This document shows positions 6,476 to 13,183 of a stretch of DNA of 39,146 nucleotides, piece after piece. A program made the position numbers and the translations under genes. The stretch's first letter is position 1. The number at the start of each line of letters is the position of its first letter. Source of the stretch: Actinomycetota bacterium. GTDB taxonomy: Bacteria > Actinomycetota > UBA4738 > HRBIN12. The stretch is from assembly GCA_036257875.1 (NCBI GenBank), contig DATAEV010000043.1, positions 1 to 39,146 of the forward strand, written 5' to 3'. Under the pieces are notes generated by a model. That model saw only the letters and a list, made by a program, of their open reading frames with translations. It was not told the DNA's origin and did no database searches.

Positions 6476-8011
6476 TCAGCCCGACGGGGCACCCGGCAGA
6501 CCCGCCAATCGTTGGAGCCCGTCATAGGCAGCGTACTTGTAAGCCTCGCTCCGAGTCGGAATGTTGAAGGTCGCGTGGATGAAACGGTCGATCACTCCGC
6601 CCTCGTGCATCACGGCCTGACCCTGGTGGATGAGCTCCGACGCGATATCGCCCAGGATGTGCACGCCGAGCAACACTCGGTCCTCGCGTCGGAAGACTAA
6701 CTTCACCAGTCCGTCGGTCCCACCGTCTATCACCGCCTTGATGTTGCGTGAGAACCAACCTCGGCCGACCTCGTACGCGATGCCTTGCCTCGTCGCGGCC
6801 TCCTCCGTCAGGCCGACCATGGCCACCTCGGGGATGGAGTAGATGCCGTACGGCGGGAGGGGATCAACCGTTTCTTTGAACGGGATGCCGAAGGCGTGGC
6901 AGGCGGCGACCCTTCCCTGCTCCATCGAGACCGAGGCCAGGGCAGGGGGGCCGATGACGTCGCCAGCCGCGTAAATCCCCTTCGCGGTCGTTCGGAACTC
7001 CTCGTCCACGACGATCCGGCCTCGGGCATCGATCTGCACGCTCACCTCCTCGAGGCCCAGGCCTTCGGTATTTCCTGCCCGGCCCGCCGCGAACAGGACT
7101 TTCTCGGGCCGGATGACCTCCCCGCTCTCGAGAGTGACCCGCAGCTCACCGTCCGCCCGCCGAACCGCACCGACCCCGGACCCCAGGACGAGGCGCACCC
7201 CCATCCCGGAGAAGGTCGCTCCGAGGAGCCGGGAGATCTCACCGTCCACGAACGGAAGGAGCCGCTCACCGGAATCGAGCAGCACCACCTCGGTCCCGAG
7301 CGAGGTGAAGATCGAAGCGTACTCACACCCGACCGGTCCCCCTCCGACGACCACCATGCTGCGGGGGATCCTGTCGATGCCGAGAATTCGTTCCGAGTCA
7401 TACACGTCGGGGTCGTCGAACGGAACGTCGGGAGTGTGAAAGGGCCGAGATCCGGTGGCGACCAGAACGATGTCAGCCTGTAGCGTCCTCGGTGCGGCAT
7501 CCCTGTCCGGGGTTACAACGACGGTTCGATTCGGCCCGAAGCTACCGGTTCCCCGCACCATCTCGATCTGGTGACGCGCTATGTTCTCCTTGACCTGGCC
7601 AACCATGGCGGCCTGGACGTGCGCAGTTCGATCCATCAGCCTGTCGAGCGTCGCGTCCGGATCGAGATGAATGGACAGGCCGTAGACCTCGCGTCGGCGG
7701 TACCCCGTTAGATACAGCGCGGTCTCCCTCAACGTCTTCGTCGGGACCCCTGCGCTGCTGACCAGGGCTCCCCCTGGGGCCGCCCGCCGCTCCACGATGG
7801 CCACCCGCTTGCCGAAGAACGCGGCCTGGGCGGCGGCTTTCTCGCCCGCGGGCCCAGCACCAATCACCACCATGTCGAAGCTTGCCACTGCGGCAGCGCT
7901 TGGCGTTGTCTCGATGTGGGGAGACGAGCTTGCGGTGGCCTGAGATTCCGGTCCGGGCCGCGGGACGGCGGGCACGCGGACCTCCTCCTCCGATCCATCG
8001 GTGAATTCCAT
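6476..8011 (-). CDS. sthA: Soluble pyridine nucleotide transhydrogenase-like flavoprotein (FAD/NAD(P) disulfide-reductase fold)
   Basis: Has FDMVVIGAGPAGEKAA (FAD GxGxxG), GGALVSSAGVPTKTLRETALYLTG (no redox-active CxxxxC, as in SthA) and VVGGGPVGCEYASIF (NAD site). Track ORF 6476..8152 is trimmed to ATG 8011, which has a GGGAG SD. The N-terminal ~45 aa extension is uncertain. Confidence 0.75.
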   Translation of the reverse strand: MEFTDGSEEEVRVPAVPRPGPESQATASSSPHIETTPSAAAVASFDMVVIGAGPAGEKAAAQAAFFGKRVAIVERRAAPGGALVSSAGVPTKTLRETALYLTGYRRREVYGLSIHLDPDATLDRLMDRTAHVQAAMVGQVKENIARHQIEMVRGTGSFGPNRTVVVTPDRDAAPRTLQADIVLVATGSRPFHTPDVPFDDPDVYDSERILGIDRIPRSMVVVGGGPVGCEYASIFTSLGTEVVLLDSGERLLPFVDGEISRLLGATFSGMGVRLVLGSGVGAVRRADGELRVTLESGEVIRPEKVLFAAGRAGNTEGLGLEEVSVQIDARGRIVVDEEFRTTAKGIYAAGDVIGPPALASVSMEQGRVAACHAFGIPFKETVDPLPPYGIYSIPEVAMVGLTEEAATRQGIAYEVGRGWFSRNIKAVIDGGTDGLVKLVFRREDRVLLGVHILGDIASELIHQGQAVMHEGGVIDRFIHATFNIPTRSEAYKYAAYDGLQRLAGLPGAPSG

Positions 8012-8300
8012 TTCGGAAACTCCCACGACGGGGCACACCCCCTCCTTGGATCTTCTTCTGCCGGCAAGATTCTCTCCCACGGCCGCTTTCGCCCTCGTCG
8101 CTACCCAGGGAGCGAACGACCGGCTCTTGCAAGCTCTATGAACTGGGCCCATCGGTCCCGGACCGAGTCACCCGATTGGGGGAAACAGAATTCACCCGTT
8201 GCCGCACGTGCAGAAATCGCCCAGTACTCCGATGCAGGTAGTAGACGCATGCATTGAGTGGGGACCGGTGGGCGGGCCCGTCTTGGCGTCGAGAGGGGGC

Positions 8301-9092
8301 ATGATGGTTGGCGGAGCAGACGACGCTCGAGACGGGGTAGGTGTTCGTTCAACCCTGAGCGATCAAGCGCTCGGGGGAGAAGTCGTACCGCTGAAGCTCG
8401 AGCCGGCGGGTATCGGCCATAGCCCTCAGCAGATCCTTGAAGAACGAGAGAACGCGCAGCTGCGGGCCCTCGTGGCGGAGCAGAGGTTGGCTGAGATCGA
8501 GGCGGCGCGTGCGGCGGCCCAGGATCAGCTTCAGAACTCCCCCACCAACGAGGCGGAGCTATCAGCCACCCGAGAGAAGCTCCGCGCTCGCGCACAGGTT
8601 CGTGCCGCCGAAGAGAGGGAGGAGGCGGTCGAGGCCGAGCTGGTGATCACGCGGGAAGAGCTCCGCTGCGTGTCTGCCGAGGCCCGGAGGGCGAACGCGA
8701 GATTCGTCGAGCTACAGGCGGAGTTCCGAACGACGCTCGAGTCTACGAGTGACCAACTGCGCGAATCTACTGCAACCACCGAGGCCGAGCTCTTAACGAT
8801 ACGGGGGGAGCTCGCCGAACGGATCGACGAGGCAAGACGCGCCCAGGCTGAGATCGCCGAGCTCCGAGCCGAGCTGAACGCCCGCGAACGCGCGGGACCC
8901 GAGCTGGTCCAGTCGATCCTGACGGCTGTCTTTGGTGCCCGGTCCAGCGTCGATGAGGTGCCGAACCGCATAAAGGACGCTCTGGCTCCGACCGCCGACG
9001 CCGTCGCGAGACTGGGCGACTGCCTCGACCAGCTAACCCGATCGCCAGACTTGGCACGCCGCGAGCCCACGCTGGGTGTGGAGGAGGCATAG
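8301..9092 (+). CDS. Hypothetical Ala/Glu/Arg-rich coiled-coil protein
   Basis: Track ORF 8199..9092 trimmed to ATG 8301, which follows GAGAGGGGG. It has long heptad-like stretches (AELSATREKLRARAQVRAAEEREEAVEAEL..., EARRAQAEIAELRAELNARE). I recognise no catalytic motif. Confidence 0.6.
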   Translation: MMVGGADDARDGVGVRSTLSDQALGGEVVPLKLEPAGIGHSPQQILEERENAQLRALVAEQRLAEIEAARAAAQDQLQNSPTNEAELSATREKLRARAQVRAAEEREEAVEAELVITREELRCVSAEARRANARFVELQAEFRTTLESTSDQLRESTATTEAELLTIRGELAERIDEARRAQAEIAELRAELNARERAGPELVQSILTAVFGARSSVDEVPNRIKDALAPTADAVARLGDCLDQLTRSPDLARREPTLGVEEA

Positions 9093-9176
9093 CGTTCGAG
9101 GAAGCGAACGACGGGCGGCGACGAACACTCCTTGCTCGCCCGGCCGCCCTTCCGGTCAGCGCAGCCGTGCTTGGTT

Positions 9177-9258
9177 GAGGGCGGGTCGAAGCACCCTCGG
9201 GGCCCGGGGGGCGGCGAACGATCGGCGTATCCCTTCTCCGACCCCTGACCCGCCCGTC
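9177..9258. repeat. Hairpin-forming element, copy B (GAGGGCGGGTC ... GACCCGCCCGTC)
   Basis: Aligns with 2170-2258; the ends form a perfect 9-bp stem. A partial extra copy of the internal GCGAACGACGGG block lies at 9104-9115, 12 nt identical to 2205-2216. Confidence 0.6.
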
Positions 9259-9298
9259 TGTTCGGTTCCACCTCAGGGATCTCGGGTCGCCGAGGACA

Positions 9299-9550
9299 TC
9301 ATCGGGTCGTCGAAACGGTGCGTGAGCTTTCTGCATCACGCGTCCCGTCGGGGGTGTGTTCGGGTCGCCGCTCCACCCTTGGCAGTCGCCTCCGCCGAGG
9401 CCCATCGCCAGCTTCGAGCGAAACGCTCCACCCTTCGGCCTCAAGCCTCGTCCTGATCTGGGAGGCCACTTCCGGGTGAACGTCCCACGTCAGCAGCGTT
9501 TCACCTCTCATCGCTCGCAACTCCACGAGACGGTTCATCACCTGACTCAC
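9299..9550 (-). CDS. Hypothetical small protein (83 aa; the C-terminal half is low-complexity)
   Basis: Track ORF with GTG start at 9550 or ATG at 9538. The N-terminal MNRLVELRAMRGETLLTWDVHPEVASQIRTRLEAEGWSVSLE looks protein-like; the rest is Arg/Pro-rich. Confidence 0.3.
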   Translation of the reverse strand: MSQVMNRLVELRAMRGETLLTWDVHPEVASQIRTRLEAEGWSVSLEAGDGPRRRRLPRVERRPEHTPDGTRDAESSRTVSTTR

Positions 9551-9658
9551 CTACAGGGTGTCGGCACAACGGGGGGGCACCTGAAGGCGGACTCGCGAAT
9601 GCTGAGACTTTGCTCTAAGAGATGGACGATCTAGCCTCTTCCTTACACCAAGGATGGC

Positions 9659-9847
9659 TCATTCTCCTTTCAGCCGACGGCGCTTCGCCTTCGCGTCCTG
9701 CCGGCCGAGTTCCGTGACGCGATACACGGGCGCGAGCGTCCCATCGCGCCGAGGCCGGAATTCGCCGGTCGGCTCGATCAGGCCGTCGGCCACGAGCTCG
9801 GCGATCTCATAGCGGATCCCGCTCAGACTCGGATCGACCTGGTTCAC
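9659..9847 (-). CDS. Small winged-helix-like DNA-binding protein (62 aa)
   Basis: GTG start after a GGAGGTGG SD. IAELVADGLIEPTGEFRPRRDGTLAPVYRVTELG resembles the recognition helix plus wing of wHTH regulators, followed by a basic tail KAKRRRLKGE. Confidence 0.5.
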   Translation of the reverse strand: MNQVDPSLSGIRYEIAELVADGLIEPTGEFRPRRDGTLAPVYRVTELGRQDAKAKRRRLKGE

Positions 9848-9911
9848 GGGGCCACCTCCAACGAGCTCGCCGCACGGTCGCGATCAAGTGCCGGGTTCTG
9901 CCTCACGAGTG

Positions 9912-10241
9912 TCATCGACGCTCCTTCCGCTGCTTGGCCAGTGCTCCTTGTCGGCCGGTGCGGGTGGCGTGGCATCGCCGGCAGACGGCCCGCAGGTTCT
10001 CAAGCTCATCAGTGCCTCCAGCCTCCGGCTGGACGATGTGATCGACCTGGGAGGCTCGCCCGAGGCAGCCGGGGTACCGCAGCTGGCAGACGTAGCCGTC
10101 CCGCTTGAGCACTCGCGCTCGGCGCTCCGGCCAGTCCCCCTTGTAGGCGTAGGCGTTGGCCGGGGGCTTCTTGGTCCAGGCCTTCCCGCCATGCCGCGTG
10201 CATCCCACAACCCCGCAGTGGGGACAGGCCCGGCGGATCAT
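9912..10241 (-). CDS. HNH endonuclease (109 aa)
   Basis: N-terminal CPHCG...C..H Zn knuckle. The core VLKRDGYVCQLRYPGCLGRASQVDHIVQPEAGGTDELENLRAVCRRCH has the D-H...N...H signature. The ATG overlaps the upstream stop (ATGA 10238-10241). Confidence 0.85.
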   Translation of the reverse strand: MIRRACPHCGVVGCTRHGGKAWTKKPPANAYAYKGDWPERRARVLKRDGYVCQLRYPGCLGRASQVDHIVQPEAGGTDELENLRAVCRRCHATRTGRQGALAKQRKERR

Positions 10242-10555
10242 CGGGGCAACTCGTAGCCGACCACCGGATGCGGGAGGAACCGGACCCGGACCTCGGCGAT
10301 CCGCGTGGTCCCCTCTACCTGCTCGAACCGCGCCTCGACCGGGTAGACCCCGTCGCCGAGACCCGTCCCGACGAGCACCGCGACGCCGACGCCACCCTCG
10401 TTCGTGACGACTACGTAGTTCATCGAGCCGGACTCGCCCAGGTCGTAGCGGGAGACGTCGTCCGCGTTCATAGGATCAACGAGCGCCAGCAGCCCCGTGT
10501 CGACGGGTACGTCAGCGATTCGCTGCCACTCGCCGCTCTGCGGTGATCCGGTCAT
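10238..10555 (-). CDS. Hypothetical protein, DUF4241-like (105 aa)
   Basis: VDTGLLALVDP...VLVGTGLGDGVYPVEARF...IAEVRVRF resembles, from memory, the DUF4241 C-terminal pattern. It has ATGA overlaps at both ends. Confidence 0.55.
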   Translation of the reverse strand: MTGSPQSGEWQRIADVPVDTGLLALVDPMNADDVSRYDLGESGSMNYVVVTNEGGVGVAVLVGTGLGDGVYPVEARFEQVEGTTRIAEVRVRFLPHPVVGYELPR

Positions 10556-11001
10556 CTCGGCTCCTTCCTGGCACTCATCGGTTCCTCCTCATCCGTTCCG
10601 GTCATTTCGGCCTCCTTCTGGTTTCCCCCGGCGCGCTGTTTTTCGCGAAGCCTGGCAGGTGGCAGTGCCGTGCGCGGGCCGGGAAAAGCAGGTTCGGCGA
10701 AGAAATCTGTCGGACGCGCGCCAGGTGGCACTGAGCGGGAGTGGATGGGAAGAAACGGGATTCTCCACGCGTGCTCCAGGTCGTGGGTCAGGGTGACAAG
10801 CTGCACGGCTCGGACATGACTGCATCGACCGAGCGCAGGACATCCGCAGGACCACCCGTCCGGATCCCACGTCACGACGTAAACCTCGGCCTCATCGCCT
10901 CGGACATGGGCCACGATCAGGTCGTCACCGATACGCCGGATGGTGACCCTGCCTTCTGACACGAGCCGGCGGGCCTTGGTCTGGGCGTCCTCACGGGTCA
11001 T
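10552..11001 (-). CDS. SWIM zinc-finger protein (149 aa, disordered C-terminal half)
   Basis: VTWDPDGWSCGCPALGRCSHVRAV fits the CxCx(n)CxH SWIM signature. There is a GAGGAGG SD upstream of ATG 11001. Confidence 0.75.
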   Translation of the reverse strand: MTREDAQTKARRLVSEGRVTIRRIGDDLIVAHVRGDEAEVYVVTWDPDGWSCGCPALGRCSHVRAVQLVTLTHDLEHAWRIPFLPIHSRSVPPGARPTDFFAEPAFPGPRTALPPARLREKQRAGGNQKEAEMTGTDEEEPMSARKEPR

Positions 11002-11030
11002 AGTTCCTCCTCAGTTACGAAAAGTCTGAT

Positions 11031-11062
11031 AAGGGGGAAGAGGGGGTATGTATAAGAGGGGG
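11031..11062. repeat. Iteron-like direct repeats: AAGGGGG, AAGAGGGGG, TATGTAT, AAGAGGGGG
   Basis: Three G5 repeats around an AT-rich core, in the 77-nt gap directly 3' of the replication-type ATPase gene. An inverted copy, TTCCCCCT, lies at 11088-11095. Confidence 0.5.
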
Positions 11063-11078
11063 TCCCGACTTCTCGTGT

Positions 11079-12356
11079 TCACGCGGTTCCCCCTATGGCC
11101 AGCGTCTTTATGGTGTTCATGCCGTCCGTGGTGAGGGTCCAGCGCAGATCTTGGCCGGTGCCTGAACGCTGCACGAGGCCGATCGCGGTGAGGTCCTCGG
11201 CCACAAGACGCAGCGTCGAGATCGGCAGGTTCGTGGCGTTGGCGAGGTCCGCGGTTGAGGCCGGATCCTCCCCGACGAGCTGCCCGAGGACACCGACACG
11301 AACCTGCGGCATGGAGTCCCGGCCGACCCGCGCAACGACCTGGAGGGCACCCGGCTCGTCGTAGCCGATCGCCATGAGTGCGTTCGCCAGCGCCGCCACG
11401 GCCTTGGCGAACCTCGCTGGCACCTCTAGCTCGGGGACCACGAGGATCTCTCTCGTGTAGCCGTCGCGCTCGATGCCGGTCCGGCCTTGGGTGGCGTAGC
11501 GGGACACCGCCACGATCTCGGCGGTGGCTTCAGGCGAGAGGCTCCCACCGGCGGGAGGCACGTGCGCGAGGAACGCACGCATAGCCTCCCGGAGCTCGGC
11601 CCGCATCTCGTGCTCGTGGCCCCTCGTGGCCAGCGCCCTGGCGGTGAGCGTGTCCCGATCCTCGGGAGGCAGGCGCAGCATCAGGAACCGCTGCCCCAGC
11701 ACGGCGAGCACCTGGTGGTGGCGGTCGATCACCGGGGTGACGCCGGCCAGGAACCCGAGACGCCCAGTCCAGGACACCGACTGCCCATTACCGAAGTCCT
11801 TGGAGTACTCGCCGTCGTAGATCTCCCTCAGTGCCCCGAGGATCTCTGAGCGTGCGTCGCGGTGCAGGCTCAGCACGGTGGTGAAGTCCTTGAGCACGAG
11901 GAACGACAGCCCTTTGTCCTCAAGCCGGTTGAGCAGGCTGGACGACCGCCCCTTGAACCCGGACACGAACGTCTGGCCGGTGAGCGACGACAGCTTGTAG
12001 ACCTCGGGACAGTCGGTGAGGGACTGCAGGATCTCGGTCTTGCCCGAGGACGGCGGCGAGACGAACTGCAACCACAGCGGATCTCCGCCAGCCCGATGGG
12101 CCACGACGGCCGCCGCCGCAACGTCGATCGCCACCAGATCGGGCAGGTACAGATAGCGCTGAAACTGCTCGTGCAGCTCCTGGAGCGATGGCGAACCTCC
12201 TGCAACCGTGGCCGCAGGTTCGGTCGAGGGTTCGCGCGTGACGTCCAGACCCTCAAGCTTCGGCCGCCCGTTGGTTGAGGGTTCGGAAGTTACTTCCAGA
12301 CCCTCAAGTGCCAACCACTCCTGCTCCTCCTCCCACGTCTTGAAGAAGGGCATCAC
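11079..12356 (-). CDS. P-loop NTPase of the plasmid/phage replication (DUF3987 / primase-associated helicase-like) type with a C-terminal winged-helix region
   Basis: Walker A is VSPPSSGKTEIL; Walker B-like is LSFLVLKDFTTVL. HRDARSEILGALREIYDGEYSKDFGNG...WTGRLGFLAGVTPVIDRHH matches a family I recall from actinobacterial plasmids and integrated elements. The N-terminus has a duplicated LEGL(E/D)VT(S/R)EPST. The start is GTG 12356 or ATG 12353. Confidence 0.7.
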   Translation of the reverse strand: MMPFFKTWEEEQEWLALEGLEVTSEPSTNGRPKLEGLDVTREPSTEPAATVAGGSPSLQELHEQFQRYLYLPDLVAIDVAAAAVVAHRAGGDPLWLQFVSPPSSGKTEILQSLTDCPEVYKLSSLTGQTFVSGFKGRSSSLLNRLEDKGLSFLVLKDFTTVLSLHRDARSEILGALREIYDGEYSKDFGNGQSVSWTGRLGFLAGVTPVIDRHHQVLAVLGQRFLMLRLPPEDRDTLTARALATRGHEHEMRAELREAMRAFLAHVPPAGGSLSPEATAEIVAVSRYATQGRTGIERDGYTREILVVPELEVPARFAKAVAALANALMAIGYDEPGALQVVARVGRDSMPQVRVGVLGQLVGEDPASTADLANATNLPISTLRLVAEDLTAIGLVQRSGTGQDLRWTLTTDGMNTIKTLAIGGTA

Positions 12357-12538
12357 GTGATCCGCCCTTGGTCGCGCCAGCGGAGCTCACGGAGGAACCA
12401 GGACTCGTGTCGGTCCAACCACCGGATCAGATCGTCCATCCGGCGCATCGACCGTTCGTATTGCTCTCGTTCGGCGTGTGAGCTATCCTGGTCCCAGCCG
12501 AGGGCGGTCTCGCGGGTTTCCCGCGGGGCCGCTTTCAT
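12353..12538 (-). CDS. Hypothetical small protein (61 aa)
   Basis: C-terminal part of track ORF 12353..12859, starting at an ATG that overlaps the upstream stop (ATGA 12535-12538). MKAAPRETRETALGWDQDSSHAEREQYERSMRRMDDLIRWLDRHESWFLRELRW is helical and charged. Confidence 0.5.
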   Translation of the reverse strand: MKAAPRETRETALGWDQDSSHAEREQYERSMRRMDDLIRWLDRHESWFLRELRWRDQGRIT

Positions 12539-12807
12539 GTCTGGACCTTCTTCCGGCGAGCTTGCGCGGACTTCAACGCGAGCGAGAGGAAGTGGGGCTT
12601 CTTGGCGTGGCCTGCGCGGCGAGCCCGCTCGGCCGGATCCAAGAGACCATCGGGGTCTACCTGCTTCTCCCAGTACCCATCGGCACCGGGCGAAGCAGCG
12701 CGAGCGTTCTTCGTCAGCTGGCGGTCGTCGTACTTCGGGTTCGCGTGTAGCGAGTGGGCACCGAGCGTCGAGATGATCGATCGCTCTTGGGGGGACTTCG
12801 AGGGCAT
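12535..12807 (-). CDS. Conserved hypothetical protein of actinobacterial integrated elements (90 aa)
   Basis: Track ORF. LGAHSLHANPKYDDRQLTKNARAASPGADGYWEKQVDPDGLLDPAERARRAGHAKKPHFLSLALKSAQARR resembles small proteins I recall beside integrases in actinobacterial elements. Confidence 0.6.
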   Translation of the reverse strand: MPSKSPQERSIISTLGAHSLHANPKYDDRQLTKNARAASPGADGYWEKQVDPDGLLDPAERARRAGHAKKPHFLSLALKSAQARRKKVQT

Positions 12808-12922
12808 TGCCGAGCCTCCTGGCTCGGCGGTGCCCTAGGCCGCACGATCTTCCCGGCACAGCCGGAGGAGGTTCGGACTTTTATGCCTGCGTCATCCTAC
12901 AACGCTGTGCTGTGCCGTGCGG

Positions 12923-13183
12923 TCAAGGATCGCCCATCCGACGCACGCTCCTGGTCATGATCACGGGTGGAGAGGGGTTGAGCGCCAGCCGCAGTAGGTC
13001 CTCGTCGTGAACCTGCATCGCGCCGTGCTTGGGGCAGTCGTAGAACCGCTCCTGCCATCGCAACGGGTCGAAGGTGACGATGCCCTTGGCGAAGTTCAGG
13101 TCCTCCCGCTCGATCTGGGGCTCCAGCCTGCGACCGCACGGCTTCCCGCCGTTGAGCACTCCGCATCGAACGGTGATCTTCAC
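12923..13183 (-). CDS. Cys-rich (zinc-ribbon-like) small protein, 86 aa, translationally coupled to the integrase
   Basis: Track ORF 12923..13327 trimmed to the GTG that overlaps the integrase stop (GTGA 13180-13183). [17 protein letters not shown]...(45 aa)...YDCPKHG gives a C..C...C..H arrangement. Confidence 0.5.
   Translation of the reverse strand: MKITVRCGVLNGGKPCGRRLEPQIEREDLNFAKGIVTFDPLRWQERFYDCPKHGAMQVHDEDLLRLALNPSPPVIMTRSVRRMGDP

Noticed and set aside
9258-9280. Possible attL: GTTCGGTTCCACCTCAGGG weakly resembles ATTCGAACCCCCGACCTCATGG from the tRNA-Ala 3' half
   Set aside because: The match needs a 3-nt gap and several mismatches, which is too weak to call by eye. It needs a proper alignment.
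12353-12859. 168-aa ORF taken as one gene
   Set aside because: Its first 107 aa are Arg/Pro-rich and overlap the better 90-aa frame (12535..12807). Only the part from the ATG at 12538, which overlaps the upstream stop as ATGA, looks coding.
12893-12926. Sigma70-type promoter, TTGACC ... TAGGAT on the minus strand, upstream of the 90-aa gene
   Set aside because: The spacer between the hexamers is 21 nt by my count, outside the usual 16-19 nt.
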